A stretch of DNA of 64,000 nucleotides from a virus. The position numbers and the translations under genes are program-made. The stretch is from IMG/VR virus record IMGVR_UViG_3300045988_114464, positions 49,687 to 113,686 of that record, one strand, 5' to 3'. The stretch's first letter is position 1. Each line of letters starts with the position of its first letter. Of the stretch, positions 27,302 through 36,237 are shown one piece after another. The notes below the pieces were generated by a model. The model saw only the letters and a program-made list of their open reading frames with translations. It made no database searches and was not told where the DNA came from.

Positions 27302-28008
27302 ACTCCGAACATCTGACCATACCAGCCTTCTTCAGTGAAAGCCAATCTATTGTTATTATCAGTAATTACCTTGGGGTCATCTGGGTCTGTCATATCCCAA
27401 TAATCAAATGCTACATTACAATTAAGGCAAGCAATAGCAGTATCTACCTTTGCGTTTACCTTTACGCCACAGCACGGGCAAATATAAGACTTCTTCTGTG
27501 CAGGATTGACTTCTGGAAAAGTAGTATTGCGAGTATAGTCACAGATATGCGGGTCTACAATACCATCGTCAATAAGGGATTGAATGAAGTCGCAGAAAGC
27601 AGGGGTCGCTTCAGTATGACCCCAACCAATGCCTTGCGCCTTGTCACAGATAAGGTCACGGGCTTCGCACGCCTTCTTGAACTTCTTATTATGGGATTTA
27701 CCCTTACAATCAATGATACTATTAACCTTGCAGTACAGATGAATCATCTCGTGCATAAGGGTTTCGGAGGTCTGATAGATACCATCACCAAGGCGTTCAC
27801 CAGCGATGCTAATTTCGTACTTAATGTCAGTATCATCGTTGACATTAACATAAGTGTCATCCCAGAAGCACCCTGCGAGGTTATTGCCATTCTTCTTTGC
27901 GCCTACAGTAAGGGTGATATAGGGCTGTGGGAGAGTGGACTCAAAATAATGCTTATTAAGGTGCTGAAATAAGGTTTCAAGATTCTTAATTACTTCATAA
28001 CTTGTCAT
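27280..28008 (-). CDS. SprT-like zinc metalloprotease domain protein
   Basis: HEMIH (HExxH) motif and a C-terminal Cys cluster CPCCG...CLNC. RBS aaaggagaa. Confidence 0.55.
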   Translation of the reverse strand: MTSYEVIKNLETLFQHLNKHYFESTLPQPYITLTVGAKKNGNNLAGCFWDDTYVNVNDDTDIKYEISIAGERLGDGIYQTSETLMHEMIHLYCKVNSIIDCKGKSHNKKFKKACEARDLICDKAQGIGWGHTEATPAFCDFIQSLIDDGIVDPHICDYTRNTTFPEVNPAQKKSYICPCCGVKVNAKVDTAIACLNCNVAFDYWDMTDPDDPKVITDNNNRLAFTEEGWYGQMFGVDDDATS

Positions 28009-28020
28009 GGTTATTCTCCT

Positions 28021-28416
28021 TTAATCATTAGAAGTGATGGTTACAGGCGCAATCATTTCTGGCAGGAAGTTGACTTCGTAGTGATACTTGTCAACGTAAG
28101 CACCGCTTACATCTTCGACAACGTAAATTGTCCAATCGTTAAGATATACAAGGTGCTTTTTGTAAACGCCCTTTCCAATTTCTACCGTGACTTCAAGTTC
28201 GTTGGTATCGTTGTTTGCAATGGCGAAGTTGCCAATCAGTTCAAATACAGGCTTGTCGGTACGAGCGTTAATGACTTCAAGCCTACGAGTTACGTTAAAA
28301 TTATCGGCTTCTTTTGAAATGTTGTATGCAACGCGGGTACTCTGACGACCACAACCAGAAGCACATAGAAGGGTTACACCAGCTAATGTGCCAGCAATTA
28401 CACGTTTGATATTCAT
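28021..28416 (-). CDS. probable lipoprotein
   Basis: Signal peptide MNIKRVIAGTLAGVTLLCASGC with a lipobox-like ASGC. Confidence 0.55.
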   Translation of the reverse strand: MNIKRVIAGTLAGVTLLCASGCGRQSTRVAYNISKEADNFNVTRRLEVINARTDKPVFELIGNFAIANNDTNELEVTVEIGKGVYKKHLVYLNDWTIYVVEDVSGAYVDKYHYEVNFLPEMIAPVTITSND

Positions 28417-28428
28417 ATAGATTTCCTT

Positions 28429-28716
28429 TCATTTAGGGGAGCGGTTTATTCCGTTCCCCCTATTTTTCCCATCGTCATCATTGAACTCTGATAGAAGCCC
28501 ATCGTCAAATCCATCATACCAACCTTTTTCATAAAAGATTCCCGCTTGAGCAATGAATGTGGAAAAGAGATTCATAAACAGTGCTACTGTTTTTCGGTCA
28601 TCTTCAAGTGTCATGCCAAATAGTGACGCTTCTTTATTTGGAAGGTCGGTATCAACAATTATAATGACAGCGTAACCAGAGTTGTTATAATTGAAATGCA
28701 GTGTGGGATAAATCAT
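28429..28716 (-). CDS. hypothetical protein
   Basis: 95-aa ORF with a weak RBS. Confidence 0.45.
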   Translation of the reverse strand: MIYPTLHFNYNNSGYAVIIIVDTDLPNKEASLFGMTLEDDRKTVALFMNLFSTFIAQAGIFYEKGWYDGFDDGLLSEFNDDDGKNRGNGINRSPK

Positions 28717-28728
28717 AGCTTCATGCGC

Positions 28729-29301
28729 TTACTTACCAGTAGAACCCAGTCCACCATTTCCTCTTGCTGTATCGCTCAGATTCTTTACTTCGTTGAAGTC
28801 AATCTGTTGGTATCTGCGAAGTTCCATCTGTGCAATACGGTCGCCCTTGGTAATGGTAAAGTCTGTGCCAGAAGTATTGAGAAGAATTACCTTAATCTCT
28901 CCGCGATAATCTTCGTCAATTTCACCACCTACAGTAATAATGCCCTTACTTGCAAGACCAGAGCGAGAACGAATCTTGAGCATGAAGCCTTCTGGCGGTT
29001 CGCAAGCAATACCAGTGCCAATAACTGCGGTAGTACCAGCGGGAACAATCTTATCCTCAATGGCATAAAGGTCACATAGACCAGCCTTTGCGCTACCATA
29101 CTTGGGGATAATAGCGTCATCGTTCATCTTCTTAATCTTTACCTTGACCTTTGCCTTGGTAAACATTTCAAAGGTCTGCGCAGTCATCATCTGTACGAAT
29201 TGGGGAAGGTCTACTTGCATAGACTGACCGATTGGTGGTTCACCACCCATTCGCTTGGGGTCGAAATTTGGGGTTGCTTGATTGGGTAGAATGATTGACA
29301 T
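28729..29301 (-). CDS. dut: dUTP diphosphatase with an approximately 55-aa N-terminal extension
   Basis: Motifs AGLCDLYA, RSRSGLA, GEIDEDYRGEI, DRIAQM, RGNGGLGSTG. RBS aaggagg. Confidence 0.9.
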   Translation of the reverse strand: MSIILPNQATPNFDPKRMGGEPPIGQSMQVDLPQFVQMMTAQTFEMFTKAKVKVKIKKMNDDAIIPKYGSAKAGLCDLYAIEDKIVPAGTTAVIGTGIACEPPEGFMLKIRSRSGLASKGIITVGGEIDEDYRGEIKVILLNTSGTDFTITKGDRIAQMELRRYQQIDFNEVKNLSDTARGNGGLGSTGK

Positions 29302-29327
29302 AATGATTCCTCCTTAAATTTAGATAC

Positions 29328-29375
29328 ATAAAAAATAAGTGTGTACTAATTGTCTTTCCTTAGTACACACTTATT
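29328..29375 (-). terminator. rho-independent terminator after the ThyX-like gene
   Basis: 16-bp stem aataagtgtgtactaa/ttagtacacacttatt followed by TTTTT on the - strand. Confidence 0.7.
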
Positions 29376-29401
29376 GTATCATGCTATTTAGTTCTTGTCA
29401 A
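29373..29401 (-). promoter_or_regulatory. sigma-A type promoter abutting a terminator hairpin
   Basis: On the - strand: TTGACA, 17-nt spacer (agaactAAATAGcaTGa), then TACAAT. The -35 overlaps the ThyX-like stop codon. Confidence 0.55.
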
Positions 29402-30029
29402 TAGTTACTTCGTAAAAATCTTTCAAATAAGGGATTTTTTCGAGCATGGTGGAAACGAATACGCGCCACTCTGGAAGTCGATGATTTGCTCTCTGCTTAC
29501 ACATATTAAGTAGAGTTTCAAGGGAACAATCATAGGTTGCCCGAATCATAAAGCCCTGTGGGAGCATATTGCGAATCTCTTGGAAGATAACTGGGTCTTT
29601 GGTGTCCAGATAGATTTCACGCAGACGGTTCAATTCTTTAATCGTGCTATGCCACCATTCAGCGTGAACAGGGTCTTGATAAGTCATTGCTTCAACATTG
29701 AAGTCGAGCATATAAAATTCTTCAGACACGCCCTTGTGCATAAAAGAACAAGAATTACGAGCAGTGGCTACCTTGTATGTGTCAAATTCAGCCCATACAT
29801 ACGCGGGCATGATAATATCCATCTGAACGTGGATAAAGCGTAGGAACTTACGGTGCTCTGTGCCAGCCTTTACAAGACGCTTTGCAAGGTTAAGGTCAGC
29901 TTCACCAAGAGAGAATGTGCCGTCTGGGTAAAAGAAGCTGTCTGACTTAACCCATGATTGTAGCGGTGCTCTCATACCACGAAAAGCGGATTCCCAACCA
30001 CAAGTTGTAATGTTTTCAATTTTAATCAT
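29388..30029 (-). CDS. ThyX-like (flavin thymidylate synthase fold) protein lacking the canonical RHR motif
   Basis: [18 protein letters not shown].EF and LPQGF..[18 protein letters not shown]...LPEWR align by eye to the ThyX core. TYK replaces RHR. Confidence 0.45.
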   Translation of the reverse strand: [213 protein letters not shown]

Positions 30030-30030
30030 A

Positions 30031-30750
30031 TTATTTTACCTCTTTCCAAGTTTTTCTTTTTACTATATCTCTAATTGTTGACGGGTCAACATTAAACATT
30101 CTACCTAATGCGCCACTACTATAATTTTTATCTCGCTTTTTGTAATGCTCTCGGATAAATTTTATATCTTGAATTGTGAATTTGTGAGCATGATGATTTT
30201 CACCATACGATATTTTTTCCAATCCTGTTTCATAAGCGTGTCGAGTATTTTGCGAATAAGTTACCCATTCAAGATTTTCATAATTATTGTTTTTCTTGTT
30301 ACCGTCTATATGATTCACAATCATCTTATCGCCTTTAAGTAAAGGTAAAAAGGGTTGAGGAACAAAATATTGCGCGATAAGCCTATGGATATAAACAGCT
30401 TTCCCTTTATGGGGAAAATGAACATATCCTTGTCGGTCAGTGCTTACATGATATTCGTTACCCATAGTATTAAAAACTCGCCCTGATTTTGTAATAAATA
30501 TATTATATTCTTTAATATAATATAAGTCTGATATTTGAACTTCGCTGTTTGTTAAATTTTCAGCAAAAATTTTCCAACGAATATCAAGCATTTTTGAACG
30601 AGCATCTTCTAAAGTTGGGTAATTCCCGTAATATTTTGTTTTACCGTGAGTGGATATGTTGACAACATATTTTTGTTGGCGAGAATCAAAAGTAACGCCT
30701 GCACTTTGATGAATTTGATTAAATTGAGTTCTTATCGAACCATCAATCAT
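30031..30750 (-). CDS. free-standing HNH homing endonuclease with N-terminal AP2-like DNA-binding region
   Basis: IVNHIDGNKKNNNYENLEWVTYSQNTRHA (HNH_3 pattern); N-terminal ...KYYGNYPTLEDA. Confidence 0.7.
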   Translation of the reverse strand: MIDGSIRTQFNQIHQSAGVTFDSRQQKYVVNISTHGKTKYYGNYPTLEDARSKMLDIRWKIFAENLTNSEVQISDLYYIKEYNIFITKSGRVFNTMGNEYHVSTDRQGYVHFPHKGKAVYIHRLIAQYFVPQPFLPLLKGDKMIVNHIDGNKKNNNYENLEWVTYSQNTRHAYETGLEKISYGENHHAHKFTIQDIKFIREHYKKRDKNYSSGALGRMFNVDPSTIRDIVKRKTWKEVK

Positions 30751-30827
30751 TGGGGGATTCCTCCTTATAGGTGTTGTACATAGTTTTCTTTATGAATAGT
30801 GCTGTGTTCATCATTGTGGCGATTAAC

Positions 30828-31277
30828 TCAAACAGTGCGAACAACAGCAGTACCATCTGCGTTCAAAATGATAGCGGCACAGGTGTCTTTATCAGGGAAC
30901 TTGTTATTCTGCAAGCGAACAACAACCTTGGTTACGCTACCAAGTTCAAATTCAGCTTCACTTACTTCGCCGTGTAACATAGCTTTATAGCAATTATGAG
31001 GAAGGTGAAGTTCAGAAACACGCTTAAAATAGTGCCGTGTAGGGATAATAGTGTATTTCTTTCTCAAGGTGTACTGTACGGCATATTCAACTTCATCACA
31101 CCAGAATACATTTTTATTAAATGTGCCGTTAAGAGAGTAAAGGAAAGTGCTAAAAAGATAACTTTCAAGAGAACGAGATAAACTACTCCAAGTATACTGG
31201 CCATCTCGAATTTGATGCTTCGTACCGTTAATTTCAACATACGAGTCGTAAATTTCCACATCAAAAGTAATTTTCAT
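30828..31277 (-). CDS. hypothetical protein
   Basis: 149-aa ORF; RBS aaggagag. Confidence 0.55.
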   Translation of the reverse strand: MKITFDVEIYDSYVEINGTKHQIRDGQYTWSSLSRSLESYLFSTFLYSLNGTFNKNVFWCDEVEYAVQYTLRKKYTIIPTRHYFKRVSELHLPHNCYKAMLHGEVSEAEFELGSVTKVVVRLQNNKFPDKDTCAAIILNADGTAVVRTV

Positions 31278-31290
31278 TTTAATCTCTCCT

Positions 31291-31349
31291 TAAAAAACAA
31301 TACTTCTTATTCATATAGATAGTATATCACAAGAAGTATTGTAAGTCAA
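31291..31349 (-). promoter_or_regulatory. composite terminator hairpin with nested promoter
   Basis: On the - strand: TTGACT, 17 nt, TATACT. The 12-nt arms ACAATACTTCTT/AAGAAGTATTGT bracket the -10, followed by TTTTT. Confidence 0.6.
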
Positions 31350-31356
31350 GGGTTAT

Positions 31357-31596
31357 TTAGTTGTCAGAATTAAAAAGAGTAACGTTACAGTCAACCATAA
31401 TAACACGGTCACTTTCACCATAAGTGTAAGATACACTATCCACACGAGCAGTTTCACAAGTGTTGGGTGAAGTGTAGATATATTCGCCTACACGCGGAGT
31501 AGGTGAACCGAGTGGCATTTCCCACTGTGCGTATACATAGTCGCTATATTGACCTGATTCTGCGTCAAGGTCAAATAGTCTGATTAGTGTGTTCAT
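31357..31596 (-). CDS. hypothetical protein
   Basis: 79-aa ORF whose ATG overlaps the nrdG stop. Confidence 0.5.
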   Translation of the reverse strand: MNTLIRLFDLDAESGQYSDYVYAQWEMPLGSPTPRVGEYIYTSPNTCETARVDSVSYTYGESDRVIMVDCNVTLFNSDN

Positions 31597-32117
31597 TAAG
31601 TTCCCTCCATTAGAATAGGTTGTTCTTGCCCCAGTGACATATGAGATAAAATAACACGTTGATTAGATGAACCACGCCACTTTAGCGAAGGGTCGCGTAG
31701 CGAATCAATGTATTGTCCATCTACTATTACGTCACATAATGATATTAGGTTTTGGCGGTAGATTCTCATGTCAGATTCATCGTTCCATATATCTTCCCAC
31801 TTGAAGCCAGTCCATAGCCATACTGTTTTACCAAGGCTACGAGCGGTTAAAGCAAGTTGGTTCATAATATGAAAACCTGTGTTGTCTTGACATAGTGGGT
31901 CGCCACCTGTGAATGTAATACCACTGCACCAAGGTTGACGAAGCGTGTCACAGACGAAATTAAATTGTTCTTCGCCAAATTCGTCACCATTGCGGCTATC
32001 CCATGTTTCTGGGTTAAAACAGTTTTGACAATGATGATTACAACCAGATACCCAAACTACGCAACGTAAACCGCTACCGTTATTCATGTTACAAGAGTCA
32101 ATTTTAATATAGTTCAT
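31596..32117 (-). CDS. nrdG: anaerobic ribonucleotide reductase activating protein (radical SAM)
   Basis: CNHHCQNC (CxxxCxxC) cluster, GGDPL motif, located directly downstream of nrdD. Confidence 0.85.
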   Translation of the reverse strand: MNYIKIDSCNMNNGSGLRCVVWVSGCNHHCQNCFNPETWDSRNGDEFGEEQFNFVCDTLRQPWCSGITFTGGDPLCQDNTGFHIMNQLALTARSLGKTVWLWTGFKWEDIWNDESDMRIYRQNLISLCDVIVDGQYIDSLRDPSLKWRGSSNQRVILSHMSLGQEQPILMEGT

Positions 32118-32126
32118 ACTGACACC

Positions 32127-33089
32127 TCACATTGATTTGCGGTCTTTGAACTCTGCGAGTTTGTGGTCTGCATACATGGTTCTGCCTTTGATTTTAGAAT
32201 ATCCTAAATATCCGTTCATTCTCTCAATACGAGTGATGTTTTTACTGCCACATTTAGGACATTCATCTTTATCAATGAAAGAAGCGCCACAATCTTCACA
32301 ATAATCAAGCTGTAGATTTACACCTTCATAGAAGCCCATATCCATTGCTCTACGAATGAGAGTTTTCATTGCTTCAATATTGTAGTCTGTAGTATAACGA
32401 CAATATTGAATATTACCACCATTACATAGATGGAACATTGGATATTCAATATCTTGCTTTTGAATAGGCGAAATATCTTCCCATACACCACAATGAAACG
32501 AATTAGAAGTGTAAGGACGGTCAGATACGCCCTTAATAATGCCGTATTTCTTGCGGAACTGCTCGACCTGCAAACCGCAAAGGGATTCAGCAGGAGTTCC
32601 GTAGAGAGCATATAGAATGTTGTCGATTTTCTTATATTTCTCAGCATAATCATTGATAAACTTCAAAACTTCAATGGCAAAAGTATTATCTTCGGCAATG
32701 GTTTTACCGTTATACAGTACACTGGTTTCATTGAGTGCAGTAATACCAAAACTCATTGTCATAGGACGAAGGAAATCTTCGCCAATTTCTTCTTCTGGGT
32801 CAAAGTGACCATTAAGAAAACCGCCTTGACAGAAAGCAAGTGGGTTAGTACCAGCTTTCTTGTGAGAAAGATAAGTAAATGTGCGCTTGTGAATAGCGCG
32901 GCACATATCAAGATAATAAGTTAGTACGTCATAAAAATCCTTGTTTTCTTGCTTTGCTTTAGCAAGAATCATAGGAAAGTGAAGGGAGATTGCTCCGAGG
33001 TTACAACGCCCTTCATATACAGGCTTGTCTTGGTCATCTGCGGGGTACATACCGCCACGCTCATACCAAGGTGAAAGATTTGCTCGACA
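32127..33089 (-). CDS. nrdD: anaerobic ribonucleoside-triphosphate reductase, exon 2
   Basis: Starts CRANLSPW. C-terminal Zn ribbon CEDCG...CPKCG and glycyl-radical motif RMNGY. Confidence 0.9.
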   Translation of the reverse strand, partial: CRANLSPWYERGGMYPADDQDKPVYEGRCNLGAISLHFPMILAKAKQENKDFYDVLTYYLDMCRAIHKRTFTYLSHKKAGTNPLAFCQGGFLNGHFDPEEEIGEDFLRPMTMSFGITALNETSVLYNGKTIAEDNTFAIEVLKFINDYAEKYKKIDNILYALYGTPAESLCGLQVEQFRKKYGIIKGVSDRPYTSNSFHCGVWEDISPIQKQDIEYPMFHLCNGGNIQYCRYTTDYNIEAMKTLIRRAMDMGFYEGVNLQLDYCEDCGASFIDKDECPKCGSKNITRIERMNGYLGYSKIKGRTMYADHKLAEFKDRKSM

Positions 33090-33910
33090 CAAGGGAATTA
33101 TATCCCTTAGACTATATCATAATTGTTTGGTCAATTCTTCGCGCTTCCATAGCAAGAATTGCACTTGCTATGTACTCTACTTGGTTACTTTCTGATACAA
33201 CCCAAATTACATATCAGATACCCTTTCGATAGTCGTTTAACATACATATTCAAATTTGTAATTATCGAAGTAATTAGGACTTAATTCGCCTTTTAGCACT
33301 CGCGCAATTTTGTGCCTATCCATATGTAAACATCTACCAGCTTCACGAATAGAAGTGAAATTTTGCACATTGCCTTCTTTGTCAATAGCGCGAATAGCCG
33401 TGTTGTTTTTGTGTGTTCTATTGCCACTATCCCAACCATGTTGTACATTATAAGCATTAGTACACCATTCAAGATTTTCAAGACGATTGTCTGTTTTATC
33501 AGAATTGATATGATTAACGTACTTATAATTGTTAGGATTTGGGATGAAACAATGTGCTAAGATAACATGAACTCGTTCATGTACAAAACTGTGGTCAGGT
33601 AAACTACGCATTACTTGCATATATCCATCACTGCCTTTATGTGGGGTGACTTGATTACCTGTGCGAGAGTTATAAAAGTTAAAATTTTCATCTACCAAAA
33701 ATCCGTTGTATTCTTTATATTGCATTTTATCACCTTCTTTCGTATAAAATCATTTGAATATGCTTAGCACAGCGATTATTTCATACTTTTGTATGAACCT
33801 TCCCTGTTAGCAGAGATATTAACAAACCATTTCCTGTTTGAACTTACGTTATCTCCACACCATATATTTATATGTTCACGAAGTTTTACATGGGCTATCG
33901 TGTCATTTCA
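33090..33910 (-). mobile_element. group I intron in nrdD
   Basis: P1 is AUGGGU paired with GCCCAU, with a U.G pair at the 5' splice site. The 3' core is GATATAGTC followed by a P9 hairpin. Omega-G at 33090. Splicing restores ...ISRMG-CRANLSPW. Confidence 0.85.
33237..33725 (-). CDS. intron-encoded HNH homing endonuclease
   Basis: VNHINSDKTDNRLENLEWCTNAYNVQH (HNH_3 pattern). Lies entirely inside the nrdD intron. Confidence 0.8.
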   Translation of the reverse strand: MQYKEYNGFLVDENFNFYNSRTGNQVTPHKGSDGYMQVMRSLPDHSFVHERVHVILAHCFIPNPNNYKYVNHINSDKTDNRLENLEWCTNAYNVQHGWDSGNRTHKNNTAIRAIDKEGNVQNFTSIREAGRCLHMDRHKIARVLKGELSPNYFDNYKFEYVC

Positions 33911-35098
33911 ACCCATTCGACTAATAGTTACACCATACTTTTTATAAATTTCTGGTGCATAGCCATCACCTGTACACGAGATAAAATCGGGGTACATACA
34001 TTTGCTACTGCAATCAATCGCTTCATCAAACAGCCATTCCAGTTCTTTGCCTTCGCCGTGAAGTTCTTTATCATAAAGGAAACTTAGTTTAGGAAATAGC
34101 ACAGGATGTTTGAAACCTTTCTTACCTTGTCCTTCCTTGCGTACCCTTAGGCAAACAGAAGATAGCATAGATTCCATACGGTTAGTACCCAGTCCAAAAG
34201 AAACAGCGGTAAACGGATAATCGCCACGACTTGAAGCCACAGAATTAAACTTCATTTCCCATGCTTGGAAACCTTGCTCTGCTTCACGAGTAACTTTATT
34301 AAAAGCATAGGTATCTGCCGCTTGTTCAAATGCCTGACTGCTTGTATTACCTTGCCAATTATCTACGATTGCGAAATAATCTTGGTAATATTTCTCATAA
34401 CTCTTTTGAGCATAAGGAGCAAGTAGCTTATCAATCTCGCTGATTGTATAGCCACCATACTGAGCCGCCGCCATATTCATTGCAACATCAGCTACAAGGT
34501 CGAAAGCTACATCAAGGCTATGCGGTTCTTCATAATCGAGATTACCCATAGTAAAACCACCAGTAAGAATTGACTTCATATCAGCAAGGCAACAGTTTAC
34601 ACTATCAAGTCTTGAGCCACGGTCGTGAATATAGATATAGCCTTCAGACATTGCTTGTTCTTCTTCGATAGTAAGGAAGAATTTCTTGTAAAGTTCACTG
34701 TTTAATTCATTGTACACAATAGCCTTTTGTGTGGTTACAAGAGCACTATCGGCATTAGCATTGCTTCTATCTCCGATAAAAGATAGAGACAGCTTCTTGC
34801 TATATACCTTATCCAACATTGAAGCAAAGGCGCTCTTATTGTCACGATATTCACGATAAGATTTTGCTACCGCTGAATTAACCGAATCAAGAGCAACTTC
34901 CACCATATTGTGAATAGTATTGACAGGAACAGGAGTTTCATTATACTGTAGCTTGCCACGAACGGTTGATACAACCTTATCTTCGTCATTCTTAGATAAA
35001 GGCATACATACACGTTCCGCACTTTTTTGGATAGCTTTGCGAATCTTGTTTCCGTCAAAATTTACGATAGCCCCATTCTTTTTAAGGACTTTAATCAT
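33911..35098 (-). CDS. nrdD: anaerobic ribonucleoside-triphosphate reductase, exon 1 (ATP-cone N-terminus)
   Basis: The N-terminus MIKVLKKNGAIVNFDGNKIRKAIQ fits an ATP-cone. Ends ...ISRMG at the 5' splice site. Confidence 0.9.
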
Positions 35099-35142
35099 AA
35101 ATTATCACACTCCCTTGTATATAAATTTTTATAACCTACAAT

Positions 35143-35176
35143 ATCTTGTAGAATACCATAGTAACATAAAAATGTT
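35143..35176. promoter_or_regulatory. perfect 15-bp inverted repeat upstream of nrdD
   Basis: ATACCATAGTAACAT-aaaa-ATGTTACTATGGTAT. No U-tract on either strand. Confidence 0.4.
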
Positions 35177-35217
35177 ACTATGGTATGAACAAATTGTAAA
35201 CAAATTATGAACAATTA

Positions 35218-35550
35218 TTACGATGCTCTGCACTTTGCTTCACGTTCGATTTGTGCAATCTTCGGCAACAGAACTTCAAATAGAATATCAAGTTCTTCAG
35301 CATAACTGAAATTACTACCACGAGCAGGTGGCGCATCTATAATATCACGATAAGTTTGAATCAGCCAATGGTATAATAGTTTATCTCGTTCATAGAAGAA
35401 TTGCGTATTAAAATAGTTATTTACATCTTCAAAAGTATCAAAAGTAATAAGAAAACTTTTTTTCCCAAATTCATCAAAATTGACTTCATCACCAAAATTG
35501 ACTTCATCAAAGTTTACAAATCCTCTGGTTGTACAGTCATCAATATACAT
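35218..35550 (-). CDS. hypothetical protein
   Basis: 110-aa ORF. Confidence 0.5.
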   Translation of the reverse strand: MYIDDCTTRGFVNFDEVNFGDEVNFDEFGKKSFLITFDTFEDVNNYFNTQFFYERDKLLYHWLIQTYRDIIDAPPARGSNFSYAEELDILFEVLLPKIAQIEREAKCRAS

Positions 35551-35738
35551 TATCCTAAATCCTCATCAAAACCAATAGCCATTACTTCTTCAGCCCTGAC
35601 AAAGACATGATTACTGTTGCTTCTTTCGATAATCCAATAATCTTCATCATGTGGCAGTCTAAACTCTACCACATCGAAAAGAAACAATGAACTACCGTTT
35701 TTCCTAATAATTTTCAGTGTTTTCGGTGTGCTTACCAT
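35550..35738 (-). CDS. hypothetical protein
   Basis: 62-aa ORF; RBS gaggtg. Confidence 0.45.
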   Translation of the reverse strand: MVSTPKTLKIIRKNGSSLFLFDVVEFRLPHDEDYWIIERSNSNHVFVRAEEVMAIGFDEDLG

Positions 35739-35748
35739 TACCTACACC

Positions 35749-36237
35749 TCACTTCACGCTAATGCTCTTGTTCTCCACCAGCTTAACACCATGTAGCGGA
35801 GTACCACTCTGTACCATCTTCTTGAGGTCGGTCTTGCTATACTTGTAGGTTTCAATCTTAGTGCATAGGTCTTTGTGGAACTTGAGAAATTCTTCTTCAT
35901 TGATCTCGGTGCTTGTAGACTTACGGAAAGAAATCTTGCAACGTGCAGTTTCAAACTTGCTACCTTGCAGGTCATCAGACAGCATAACCTTTAGACGATT
36001 GATAAGATTTTCCTTGACCTTTCTACGCTTTGCAAGGTTGACTTCTTCCTTCTTGATAGCGTCACACTCGGCTTCAACAGACTTAATGTAACAAGCGATG
36101 TTTTCAATCTTTTCGTCATGTGCTACTTGAAGCTGGTCAAGTAGCGACATATCGGTAAGGATTTCGCCAGTTTCTTCGTCAATCTCGATGTTGTTCATAA
36201 AGTCAAGAATTTGAGAGTTAATATCATATAGTGTCAT
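35749..36237 (-). CDS. Gp157-like protein (siphovirus Gp157 family)
   Basis: RBS ggagg before ATG 36237. Coiled-coil N-terminal half with IENIACYIK...AEC.AIK.E, typical of Gp157-like proteins. Confidence 0.5.
   Translation of the reverse strand: MTLYDINSQILDFMNNIEIDEETGEILTDMSLLDQLQVAHDEKIENIACYIKSVEAECDAIKKEEVNLAKRRKVKENLINRLKVMLSDDLQGSKFETARCKISFRKSTSTEINEEEFLKFHKDLCTKIETYKYSKTDLKKMVQSGTPLHGVKLVENKSISVK

Noticed and set aside
27241-27972. 243-aa ORF on the + strand.
   Set aside because: It is completely antisense to the SprT-like gene, which carries a clear HExxH motif and an RBS. The + ORF has no RBS and an odd composition.
28437-28475. Hairpin gggagcgg-tttatt-ccgttcccc followed by TATTTTT on the + strand, resembling the + strand terminators elsewhere (shared CCCTATTTTT tail).
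   Set aside because: It lies inside the 3' end of a - strand ORF in a - strand operon, with no + strand gene upstream to terminate. It may be an antisense-transcription stop, but there is no supporting evidence.
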